From: Psilocybe cubensis | Taxonomy: Eukaryota | Length of the DNA: 64,000 nucleotides | Reading direction: 5' to 3' | Assembly: GCA_017499595.2 (NCBI GenBank) | Contig: CM039003.1 | Coordinates: 2,852,001 to 2,916,000 of the forward strand | Part shown: in pieces, positions 12,669-24,321 of the stretch | How positions within the stretch are numbered: position 1 is the first letter of the stretch | How the letters are laid out: each line of letters starts with the position of its first letter | Program-made: the position numbers and the translations under genes | The notes under the pieces: generated by a model | The model's input: the letters and a program-made list of their open reading frames with translations, nothing else | What the model was told of the DNA's origin: nothing | The model's database searches: none

Positions 12669-15600
12669 ATGTCAGCCCATCACATAGGTATACAGCACCC
12701 AAGGGTGCCCTCGGAACTTCTTTGCCAAGAAAGCTTCAAGACACTTTCGCGTCTGCACCTCATCTCTGAATTCAAGCCCTGGTTAGAGTACACGCGGGAA
12801 TACGTTCGACGTCGCGTAAACTCACCCTTTCTTCTCCTGTGGGATTGCATTTGCTTTGGTGCACCACTCAACACACTCCTCCAACTTCTAGGATCGCCAA
12901 CCCCTCGGTATCTAAGCGTTTCGGCGGACGAGTTCGACTTCAATGTGTCCATTGCGCAACGAGAACAGCTGTTTTCCAACTTCATTCAGCGGGTGCAGAC
13001 ATTAGAATCGCAAGGAAGACTGTCATATGGAGAGGTGTTAAGAGTGGATGACTTTACGAGTGGGATTAATGCCGGGTACTTGAGGGTGTGCAAACTCTCC
13101 TTGCTCAACGAATATCACCACTGAGACAATCCACGTTTGTTTAGATTCTGAAAACAATCAATCGTATTCTGTTCGCCCTGCAAACAGAACATCCTGGTAT
13201 ATTCTCCTTGCCCCATGGCTCTGCAGCAAGGCGTTCTTCGCTTATCGAACAGCTTGTCATCGCAGAGCGTTCCCACAACTCCAAATTGATCCAGACGGCG
13301 GTAAGATTGTATTGAAACTATGTAACTTGTCAAATATTAGAATAAACACGACCCACAGGATTCGGCTGCTAAGCTATATGAAGACCCGGAGGCTGCTCAT
13401 CCTTCGCTGGAGGGATTTATTGTCAATTGTTCCCGACTTGTGCCCTATCACGAACACGTTTTGAAAGCCCTTTCGCAAGTGGATGTCATCGAGAACTGGC
13501 AGCATATATTTGCGTTTCATGTGTGTCATAGCGTCACGCTTTGATGCAGCTATTAGACTAACGGAATTTCAGAACAAAGTCTTTTTTACCCGAATGAACA
13601 GTGCCTACCGCTCCATTTGTGCCAACTATCTCACCTTTGAAAACTTCCTTAATCGTCAAAACAGTCGAGCAAGAGAGGACGCCAAAATCATTCTGAGAAA
13701 CCTCTCAGAAATAATCTCACGTTTTTCCGATTATTCTTCGCACCTTCAGGCTATTCTTGATGTTTCTTCTCCTACGGAACATGAATCATACGATGGTCTT
13801 TGTATCATGAGCCTTGAATCTGCCACAATCTCAGATTCTCTCGTTGAAGTGGGTCGGGAATTACGCACAATGTGGTGTTTTAATAATTTACGCCCTCGAC
13901 TTGGCTCTCAGACACTACTCGACGAAGATGCCCTGGGAAATATCCTACATGACGACTGCATGCTTGTCGACCCTGCTTCCGGCCAACATTATTCTGTATT
14001 TCTTTTTGAAAAAATGTTGATATGCTGTACCGACCACCGGAGGAGCGACAGCATCGACCTTGGGCACGTTCGGTATCCTGTCAAACCATGGGAAATAGGA
14101 CCAGCTTTGGCGGAACAGTATCCACTCGTCATCATGCTCTCAATACCGACAGACAGCCTAAAATTACTTCACTGCATAGACACTGGTACGTGGTGTATTT
14201 CTGCACAAACATAACACTTACACATTTCACTAGCCATCTTCGAGATTTCCTGGGGCAGTAAATCAGAATGCAGTATCATCTTTTATCCCATAATTCATCG
14301 GCAATACACCCAATGGACGACATTACTGGAGCCTTTTGTATCACGAGTCAGCCATTCAACGTCCGTTCCACGGTATCTCGAAGACAGCGACGGCGTTAGT
14401 GTCTATTCCGGCGTCTCTCTTCTTCCCACAGAAGACGAAATATTTGGCATCAAGTCCGTTATAGCGCGTCCGTGGAGCCTCATAGGGAGAAAGGGCAATC
14501 GCTCTGAGAGTTCGTCTATGATAGGTGTTGAGACCAGCGATAAAGCCTCTATCCTGAGCCCTAACCTATTGCCTACGTTATTTGTCAACGATCTGCCTCG
14601 AAGCCCACTTCATTTGAGCTTTGTCCCGGAAGACGGGATTCCTTCATTGCATCATCTCACCGAGTCTCCTACTGAATATGAACCTGCAGAGGGAGGACAC
14701 TTACTTAATAATGGATATGCAGATTCGATATCATTTCCTGACCTGACACAGCACATTGTAAAGGAAGGTTATTATCCCATTGCGCATGGAGGTTTTTCGG
14801 ACGTGTGGAAGGCCACCTGGACGAAGAAGGATGGAACTATGCAGGTATTTCTCGTTGCATCATAGCCTTACATACTCTGTTCTGATGTTATTGTTTAGGT
14901 TGCTGTCAAAGTCATACGCAACACGATAAATGAAGGTGCTGCGAAAGAGAAACTTGTCCAGGTTTGCAGATCCATAATGAGTATAAATTTACTGCTCTTA
15001 CTTCCAAAATATTATAGCGACTACACCAGGAGCTCAGCATCTGGAAAGGACTCTTGCATCCACATATTTTGGAATTGTGTGGAACTGTTACTGGATATGG
15101 TCCTTACGTCTCCATGGTGTGCCCTTGGCTTAAAAATGGTAGTCTGACAAAGTATCTCGAGCGTTGTGGTGACATACTCACAGTGGGCGACCGCTTGAGG
15201 CTTATATCGGAGATAGCGTCTGGATTAAACTATCGTACGCATTGCATCTTATTTTTCTACTACTATTGATATAATTGACACTACTCAATAGTGCATTCTC
15301 GTCCTGTTGTGCATGGTGATTTGACTGGGGTAGGTTCTGTACTATATCTTGCACACCCTATCACTTCATGACGCTCGCTCCGGCATTCTCTTTAACAGTC
15401 GAATGTTCTCATTGACGATGACTTGCATGCACGTCTGTGTGATTTTGGACTTTCCACTCTTATCATGGAGGAATGCCAAGATGACAACGTTTCTGTTCAG
15501 TCGGTATATACGTCACATCTCGGTGGCTCAGTTCGCTGGGCAGACGCCTATTTGTTCCGCGCCTTCGACGAAAACGCTGTTCCTGTTATTGGGACCTCAA

Positions 15601-15917
15601 GCGACATATACTCATTTGGAAGTGTCATGCTCGAAGTCTGTATTTCACTATCTTCCTACTCTTCATAGCTAAAAAATCTTTAGGTCCTTTCCGGACGCAT
15701 GCCGTATCATTACTTGCGCACCGATGCCCAGGTTGTCATTCAATTGCATCAAGGTATTAAGCCTCGTCGTCCGTCAGCATCGTTCGTAGACGATGCACAA
15801 TGGGATTTGATTCAAATGTGCTGGAAGGAACTCCCTGAGGAGAGACCTACTTCCAGCCAGGTTTTGAAGATTTCAAAAGATCTGTTTGAGCGTTGGATAC
15901 AGTCTGAAGCTCGATAG
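12669..15917 (+). CDS. Cdc24-like CH + degenerate DH(RhoGEF)/PH region fused to a TKL-like protein kinase; multi-exon
   Basis: SPFLLLWDCICFGAPLNTL (CH-like), LIEQLVIAERSH (DH CR1-like), YSVFLFEKMLICC (PH-like). Kinase motifs: HGGFSDVWKA, VAVK, HGDLTGSN, DFG, SDIYSFG, CW..P..RP. Start codon uncertain. Confidence 0.8.
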
Positions 15918-16328
15918 AACGCCGTGATAACTCGGTTTAAACTTCGCTTTGCTATTCACATGTACTTGCGCGTTTTGTATCATTATGTACTAAGTTGTAT
16001 TAAATTATGCTAACAGAGCTCTTTCTATAACAATACTTAGATGGATTAGTGCTTAAAAGGCACTGTCCTTTAATTAACATCTCAAGGGCTGGTTAGTAAC
16101 CAGTGTTCGCACGACATGCGCGTCTGAGCCTGCCCTAATCCGCCCACGTGATGAATTGAGTGGCGCGCGACAACACTCATTTTGATTCGAAGTTTGTTCG
16201 AAGTTTGATTTAACTTTGATCTAACCTACTACCGCACACTGAACTTGCCTTACCTTATCTTCAAGTAAACCTCCTTTCTCAGGGCTCTATACACTTAAAG
16301 ATCTGGACACACTTCACGAAAAACCCTC

Positions 16329-18538
16329 ATGGCAGATTTCAACTCCAGTTCAAGCCATGGCTCTCGGGGATTACCTCAACCTAGTCCAAGTACACTTAAA
16401 AACTCGGCAATTTTTATACAGCATGCTTGCTTGCAGCATAAATACATACGTTCGAGGGACCTTTCGGCGATTGTAGAAAGACCGGAACGTCTGCGTGCCA
16501 TCAACGTCGGGCTTTCTGCAGCCATTGCGCGTCTCGAGGAGTTAATCCCTCTGCAAGAGAATCCCAAGTCAGATACTGGTTCGCAGGATGCAGAGGCTAC
16601 GAGAGAAGCAAATGACCTGGTAGATGTTATGAACAAATTGACCATTGACCCGAACCTTTCTTCAACTCAGAAATCGCCCGTCAGGATTATCCACAGCCAA
16701 GCGACATCTAATATCTTATCGGACCCAGCCATTAAGTTCATCCATGGCGATATTGAAAGAGACGAATACCTAGAGAATCTCTCTCAATGGATCAAAGAAA
16801 GCCAAGACAAGATCTCCAATGGCGGGTCTGAGATTCCAGAGGGTTATGCCCAAGGCGATCTATACCGTGCGTTCAGTGCCATTCATTGTCTTGCTGCCCG
16901 ATAACACTAAGGACTGTAAGGTTAGTATGTCCTGGGTCCCTCAATGCTCTCCAGGGAGCAGTAGGCACAGTATGCGAAGCCGTAGATGATATCATGTCGT
17001 CTTGCAGATCCAACGCTACCCATCCGCCTTTACACCGTGCCTTTGTCGCCATTCGCCCCCCTGGGCATCACTGTGGCGAGGATACGCCTTCGGGCTTCTG
17101 CTTCCTCAACAACGTTGCTGTAGGCGCTGCACATGGTGTGTTTCTTTTGTTCTTTCACTCCAGCAAAATTTTTTAGCTGACCAATTTCCCCCTAAAAGCG
17201 CATCTTCAGCATGGCGTTAAACGGGTAGTGATCTTTGACATCGACTTACACCATGGTAACGGATTTTTACTCTATTTGCAAGAATGGTTAACAGTTTACG
17301 GCTATTCTTGCCTTATCTCTAGGAAATGGCACTCAATCGGTTGTGTGGCAAATAAACGAAGAAACCTATCGTCAAACCCTCGAAAGCGAGGGAGGAAGTC
17401 CAAACGAGAAAACTGGACCACAGGTGTACTATGGTTCCATCCATGACATCTTATCATACCCCTGTGAAGTGAGTATTGAAGGCCATGGCCTTTGATCATT
17501 TACTGACGGACGCACTGTAGGATGGCAAGGTTCCTCTTGTCCAAGCTGCCTCTGTCTCTCTCCATAAATCACATGGACAATATATCGAGAACATTCACTT
17601 GGAGACATATACTTCTGAAGAGCACTTCTGGGACGTACTCTACAAGGATAAATATAGCAAACTTCTCAGTAAAGCTCGAGACTTCCTCGATGACACTGGC
17701 GGACCTGGGGACGACGTACTGGTGTTCATCAGGTGGGTTGTGTTCCAACTTTTTCTCAATGTAATTTATCTTAACTCGAGCTTGGTCTTATAGCTGTGGC
17801 ATGGACGCATGCGAACATGAATATGAATCAATGTCAAGGCATAATCGCAAAGTACCAGCGTCCTTTTACCACCGATTTGCGAGGGACGCATGTGCCTTCA
17901 GTGACAGATACGCTGGAGGTCGATTAATAAGTGTCCTCGAAGGAGGATACAGTGACAGGGCCCTCATAAGTGGGGCGATGGCACATCTTTCGGGATTAGT
18001 TGATACCCCAGACGGAATACAAGTCGACGAGCAGTGGTGGAGCATCCCGAATCTTGTTAAGGTAACCACGATAAACTCAAACTCCTGCTTGAATCTAACT
18101 AACGAAACTCTGTAGCTGGAGGCAGCGACAAAGAAAAGAAGAGGCGGTCGTCCTTCCTTGCCTGCAAAGGGATCAGTAGAGCCATGGATTGAGCGCACAC
18201 TGTCGATCTTTTCCTCGATAGACGGTTCGGCGTCGACGACGTCATCACGTTCCACTTTCATTCCCCCGAGTTCCCGAACGCTGCGTGATCGGACGAAGGG
18301 AAGAGAAGCGATGCCTAAGTCACCGCCGGCATCATCGGCCTCCACGAAGCCTGTGTCCAGCAGCAAGGTCAAACCGGGTGCCAATATCAAATCTGGCGAC
18401 GAAAGTTTTGCTTCCACTGGCAGCAGCCCATTGACAAGTCCGAGTCCGAGTTCAAGTGAAGACGAGGCCCCGCCCATCAAGAGGCTTCCAAAGGTTATTT
18501 TGAAGCTTGGAAAGGCACCTGAATCTCCCTCAAGTTGA
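16329..18538 (+). CDS. HOS3: Hos3-like class II histone deacetylase
   Basis: ERPERLRA, RPPGHHCGEDTPSGFCFLNN, DIDLHHGNGT, GMDACEHE, SVLEGGYSDRAL; low-complexity S/P-rich tail. Confidence 0.9.
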
Positions 18539-18685
18539 CGTTTCGGGTCGTTGGGAGAGCGAAGCGGTCTCTGGATGATGGAAATGGAGTGCAACGCGCC
18601 CCCTTCTAGCGCCAGATAGCTGGACACGGTCCACGCAGTTGCTTTCTATTAGTTTGTCGTCTAAATGTAATGATAAATGTAAGAG

Positions 18686-19812
18686 TCACAGGCCCATAAG
18701 GCCGTGCACGGCCCATTCGTAGACCCCTAAGAATACGGCACCACCAGCGGATATCCAAAGCGTCCGTGGTACTACACCTGCAAACAGCGCTTTTGGTCCC
18801 TCTGTGACATAGATTTTCCTAAACCTGGTTAGTAAAGAGGGAAGTTTTGACTTGGTGGCGTCCTGAGAATGGTTGAGCAATGTAGTTAGTTAAAAGGAAA
18901 AAAAACTGACCCGTGTGTCAAGCATGACTCGGGTTTTGAGAACATCTAAAGGTGTCGTCAGTGCTGCTGCCACTCCACCAGCGATACTTCCGCAAATGGC
19001 TGCTTCATGAGCGTACAGCGGTTTGCGATTGAGCTTTCGCGACAGCTGAAGTTTCAAGAATTCATACAACGGGAATTGCAGCGATGTGAATGGGATCTTT
19101 CGGAAGAATGAGCAGGAAAAAAGACATTGAAAGACAGCATATACGCACTTCTCGCATGACTGTTATGCCAAATCCCCTGTAAAACCCTCTCAATCCATTG
19201 TTCGACAAGACGAGTTTGGCCGCCGAGAAGGATGAAGCGCCCTGCGCACCGTACGTCGACGTCTGCATCCGTGTCTTGATGACTTCTGTTGGTACGCGAA
19301 TTAAGCAGGCAGCCTGAAATCAACGAGCGAATAAACCAAGGAAATCGCGTAAATGGGACGCTTGTAAATGTCTGCTAGAGAAGACCCGTACAACTTCCGC
19401 CACGGACGCTGCTACCATGTGCTTCACGGGTGCGAGTCCCTCAGAAAGAGGAAGCGCATTCTTCATTGCTTCATAAGTCGAAAAAAATGCAGCAGCTGAG
19501 ATTAAAAGAAGGATTGCGCGTCACAAATTGTAATACAGAAATTGCGAAAGAAACTCACCTCCCGGAGCACTGCCCACCCCAACACTTCCAACACCCTTAT
19601 ACACCCCAGAGAACCCACCAGCTGCCCTGAACCCTTGCGACGATTGAAGCCTCGTCTTGATGGTATCTATTGGAAAAAAGAGAAGGTCTACAGAGGTCCC
19701 TGCAATACCACCCGCCTAGAATGTGATTAGTGGTATGTTGTCGTTGCAACAAAAAATGCAAAGTGTATACCAGAAGTGACTGAAGAAACGTCGGGCTAGT
19801 TTCTAAAGTCAT
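18686..19812 (-). CDS. PET8: Mitochondrial carrier, S-adenosylmethionine carrier type (Pet8/Sam5/SLC25A26-like)
   Basis: Three carrier signatures after splicing ([30 protein letters not shown]), plus [14 protein letters not shown] and [23 protein letters not shown]. Confidence 0.88.
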
Positions 19813-19968
19813 TTCGACGAAGTAGTTGACAATGATGCAACAAAAGGACCTACCGTCGCTGTTGAATTGCGGAGCAGAACGGCGGAGTCCGCCGGCATCG
19901 AGCACCGAGAGGCACCGAGTAGCACACTTCGACTTTTAAACTCGCACCCCATTCTATTTCTATCAGAC

Positions 19969-21750
19969 ATGCAGCACAACTTGGACGATCTTGCCAAATG
20001 CAACGACTATCCATCTGATGAGGCCATTTCTGAAGTCAAAGGACTTCTCTCTAAGCCATGGAAGCGTTTGGAAGAGACCAATGCCGAAATCAATCGCCTT
20101 GAAGTTTTGCTAAAAAAATTAAAACAAACGCGAACGGGGATCGAGGGGTCAATGAATCGTTACAGCAGTATACTGGCCCCAATTCGTCGTGTCCCCGAAG
20201 ATATTCTTCAAATGATCTTTATACATTGTCTCCCTACCCATCGCAACCCTACCATGGGAGCTTCGAACCCCCCGATGCTACTCACACGAATCTGTCGCCG
20301 ATGGAGGTCCATTGCATTTTCTTTACCCATATTATGGGCTAGAATTCACATTCCTTTTCGAATAGTAGGTGATATACACCCTCAACATCCAGGATATCTG
20401 ATTGTGCCAGCGCATACAGTTTCAACTGTGCTACAACATAGATGTCAGGCCGTCGCGGATTGGTTGACGCGATCTGGGGATTGTCCATTGTCGATTTCTA
20501 TCACTTGCCTGAAGGATTATCATCATGACTGTGATTTCCAACCCGAAACTTCAATATTACTCCTCAAAATCGTGGCGAAATATGCACCACGTTGGGCGTT
20601 TATGCAGTTGAAGATTCCCCTTGAAACTTATCGCGAGCTCGAAACCATTCTGTCCTCATGTCAGCTTCCTATGCTTGTCCGTCTTAGGGCAGATATATCC
20701 GATGAAGCGAGTGATGTGTACTGGCGACCTTCACTAGGACTACTCGAATCCCGCAACTTGCAATTCGTATCGTTACGCCTTCCGTACTCTTGGGGTGCCA
20801 GACTGCAGGTGCTCGCTCAAAGACTCCAGCTTCATCAAAACATTACCTATCTTTCTATTCCCATGCCCTGTCCAGTTGACGATGTGATCAGACTTCTAAG
20901 GTCTTGCCCTCGCATTAATTATCTCCGTCTTTCACTCGAAAGGTATGAGCTTCAACATAAGAACCTCCAAGTTGTATTGCTGCCATGCCTAAGATACCTG
21001 ATGATTGAAGATGATTTCGCGGTGTCTCAAAACAGAGAAAATATATATAGCTTTCTAATTTGCCCACAGCTTCAGTGGATAGATTGGCGAAATCCCTCCA
21101 TCATTGGGCAATTCTCCTTCGACGACCCTCCTGGCTCATCCATTCTGTCCCTAGTTGAACGTGTTGTAACACTGAATAGGCTTGCTTTCACTAGGCAACA
21201 TCTCTCTCCCTCCCAGGTCCATAGACTATTGGATATGGTGCCTGTCAGTTTCATCACGAAGTTGATTCTGAGGTCGGTGCTCGGTAACTGGGAAGATGTG
21301 GATACATTCGACCTCGGAATCCTAATTGGACACCACAAGTCAGAAACAACAGCCACGGTTACTGATAAGATCCTCCTTCCACGACTAGAACATTTCGAAC
21401 TCTATCAAACACGAGTACCAGACGACACAGTGCTCCAATTTGTTCTCAGTCGCACGGGAACTATCCCCAGTATTTCCATCCTCAAATACGTGAAAATCGT
21501 GTTTTCTCGAATGAAGATTCCTGGACATGTTGATGTGGAGGACCACGTTCGAATGCACTTGGCACAAACCAGCATAAAGAAGATCCATCTCGAACTAAAC
21601 TATTTGCTGCCTCTGTATGGAACTGATTCGGAAATAGTTGACCCACTATCTCCGAACTTTATTGGTGATCAGACGCACAATTTGAACTTCAACACTGGAG
21701 ACAAGACATGGACATTGGAGGAGATGGATGATGAAATTGATATTCCTTGA
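19969..21750 (+). CDS. Intronless agaricomycete F-box-like protein, paralog of 10558-12318
   Basis: LAPIRRVPEDILQMIFIHCLPTHRNPTM...PMLLTRICRRWRSIA, WLTRSG, LLPRLEHFELY. First ATG at 19969 (the ORF track starts at an upstream TTG). Confidence 0.88.
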   Translation: MQHNLDDLAKCNDYPSDEAISEVKGLLSKPWKRLEETNAEINRLEVLLKKLKQTRTGIEGSMNRYSSILAPIRRVPEDILQMIFIHCLPTHRNPTMGASNPPMLLTRICRRWRSIAFSLPILWARIHIPFRIVGDIHPQHPGYLIVPAHTVSTVLQHRCQAVADWLTRSGDCPLSISITCLKDYHHDCDFQPETSILLLKIVAKYAPRWAFMQLKIPLETYRELETILSSCQLPMLVRLRADISDEASDVYWRPSLGLLESRNLQFVSLRLPYSWGARLQVLAQRLQLHQNITYLSIPMPCPVDDVIRLLRSCPRINYLRLSLERYELQHKNLQVVLLPCLRYLMIEDDFAVSQNRENIYSFLICPQLQWIDWRNPSIIGQFSFDDPPGSSILSLVERVVTLNRLAFTRQHLSPSQVHRLLDMVPVSFITKLILRSVLGNWEDVDTFDLGILIGHHKSETTATVTDKILLPRLEHFELYQTRVPDDTVLQFVLSRTGTIPSISILKYVKIVFSRMKIPGHVDVEDHVRMHLAQTSIKKIHLELNYLLPLYGTDSEIVDPLSPNFIGDQTHNLNFNTGDKTWTLEEMDDEIDIP

Positions 21751-22489
21751 TAGGTATACTATACGTAATATCGAGCAAAAGGCCTTTTGCCCCTCACAAG
21801 TTGACTCAGCCATATATATAGCTTGATTTCGAAAGAAATGGGAAGCTTCCTGAAGCCGCTTCCAGTTTAGTCTCTCGTAGACAGACCACGATACGTACGT
21901 ATGTGCTTCCAGTTCCCTGGCCTTCAACATTGTCGTTAAATTGATCACGTGATCGATACGCGTCGCGCCTAGCCCCTATTCAAAGTCCACAAGCCATCTG
22001 TTGAAAGCTTTACATTTCAAGTGTATGATATCTGGATAACTTGATTTTCAGCTACCATTAAACCAAACTCGATGTATTTTTATCTTTTAATTGTTATAGG
22101 ATGAACTTGACACACATTATATTTGAAATTGGTGGTTGACCCATCCTATTGGCGATATACCGGAATATAGCTAGTCAGCTACGAGGGTTTTCTATAGCTT
22201 AAAGTCTTCTATTTGAGGGAGTAGGATATTCATAGGTCTCTGATGGTCTATTAGATACGACAGGTTTAAAGGCTCGGGGTTATCCTTCTAATTTCTGAGG
22301 CCAGGTTTCTGTGATCGAAGAACCAACTTAATCAAGGAATCTAATGAAATCCTTTCATAAAGTTGGCTAATAATACTTTGTGGTAATTAGATTAGACCTG
22401 TTTATCGAGACTTGGCGTAATAGGATCATTCCTTGAATAGTTGAAGCAGAGGTGAATGTTGATCATCTGTCGGTGTATCGGAAATATTC

Positions 22490-22768
22490 ACAATATATCT
22501 CCACACTCAAATGCGTGAAAGTCATTTCTCGAACAAAGGTGTCCGGAGGCGTCAATATTGAAGAACACGTTCAAATTTACTTAGTAAAAACCAGTATGCA
22601 GAGGATTTCTATCGACGTACAACACATGAGACTACCGTATGAATCTCGACCGAAAAGCTACGTTGACCCACTATCTCCTGAATTTATTAGCAATCACACG
22701 TACTGTCACGACCCTGGAGAGAGACGTGGACATTGGGGGAGATAGATGATGGAATTGATAGCTCTTGA
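22490..22768 (+). pseudogene. Relic 3' fragment of an F-box paralog
   Basis: ISTLKCVKVISRTKVSGGVNIEEHVQIYL...VDPLSPEFI aligns with ISILKYVKIVFSRMKIPGHVDVEDHVRMHL...VDPLSPNFI of 19969-21750. After a frameshift it reads TWTLGEIDDGIDSS* versus TWTLEEMDDEIDIP*. No upstream part visible. Confidence 0.8.
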
Positions 22769-24321
22769 GCTTGATAGGTTTACCAAACTGTCACATCTCA
22801 TAAGACATCTCTAAAATTGTTACATCTCTAAGACACTCAGGCCATCTATTGAACAATTTGCCTCGTAAACTTCGGAGAAATATAATTATTTGGAACTAAT
22901 AGCAGATTACGGTGTGGATCGCTACTACCAACGATACTCTGTCATAAACCCGACTCCCCGGATAGGTCTGGACAGCCCTGTTGCCCCCCATTTCAAGGCA
23001 TGTTTGTAGCTTACTTCTTTCAGTCTCTCTCAATTCCCGTTCATCGACCCATCCCCAATGACACTGTGGACAGAGAGCGCGATTGGCTGACTGCGGTCGT
23101 CAGGTGTGGCGGTGATTCACCGCCGCGCTGATAGAGGTAAATTGATCGTACTCACTCTAACAGCGCGGCTGATCCCTAAATTGGTGGATGCAGTGGACGC
23201 TCTGTGAGAAAGCTGCAAAGTTGCTTGTGCCATGGGCGGCTAGTTTCCCGAATTCGTATCCTTAGGGGTGATCCAAACACCCCACCGGTTAACAATGTCG
23301 CCGTCGGACTCGAAATCATAATAGAGGACTCTGCCGAGCACAGGTACATGTCTACTTGAATACGCAGAGCTTCACGTTGTTTGGCAGTTATGATAGGTGG
23401 TCAAATGGTGTTTTCGGATGGGGAAATGAAGGGGAAGAGATATACAAATTTGATAAATGAACAGAATGCGGGGTGAGGAGGTGGTGCGGGGGAGATCAGA
23501 CTCGCCAGGTATGATGCATGGATGATCAACGTACATAAGCGATATACATACTTAGATTTGATCGCATGACGGGGGCCGGGGGTAAGCAAGGCGCCCGCGA
23601 CTGAGAATGCAATCTAATGGAATGTATGTATTTAGGTCTTCCTTGTCCCCAATTGATAATATCTCTGTGATTCTAGGCTGGTTGGAGGGCGGAGTTCAAG
23701 TCAGATTCAGGGGGTAGGTATCCACATAGTTCCTTGGAGAGAAACATCGAAACGGAGGAGTTGAGTAAGATTTTTGGGAATTTTTGGAACAAGCTGCGGA
23801 TTCTAGGCAATATTCCTTGGTTTTATATTCGAAATAGCACAGTTCTGAGTTTCTTCAAGCTGACCCCCTACTGCTCACGCTCCAAATAGCTCCTCGGGTG
23901 CAATAATCAGGTGATCATGCACATTGAGGGAGCCGACTGTTGCGTGTTGAACAAACAGCGATTTTTTAGCGAATGTTATACACGTCTCTTAGGTAAATTT
24001 AGTTGTATGTTTGTCATACAGCAAACTACACACTCGAATAATTTTTATAAAAGGGGACTTCTATTTATCTAACTTGATCTAGCTAACATAAAGTATATGT
24101 TGACCGCTGAAAACATACATCATGATCAGTCGGTGCCTGTAAATGATGGCAGTTTGTTCGGAAATAATGGTGGCCGAAGCCGGTATCGGTTTTCTGGCTA
24201 CTACACCTTTCAGAACTTCATCATCATCCATGCCGGCGATAATATATAGCTTGAACTCCATTGCTTCCTCGTATACCCTTCCTTTTCAATTCCCTGTCTC
24301 CTCCGTCAACCCAGGTTGACA

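Noticed and set aside
17866-18627. 253-aa minus-strand ORF
   Set aside because: Antisense shadow of the HOS3 3' exons.
22800-24300. Possible gene or ncRNA in the 1.5-kb intergenic gap
   Set aside because: No convincing spliced ORF, tRNA cloverleaf or recognisable RNA motif found by eye.
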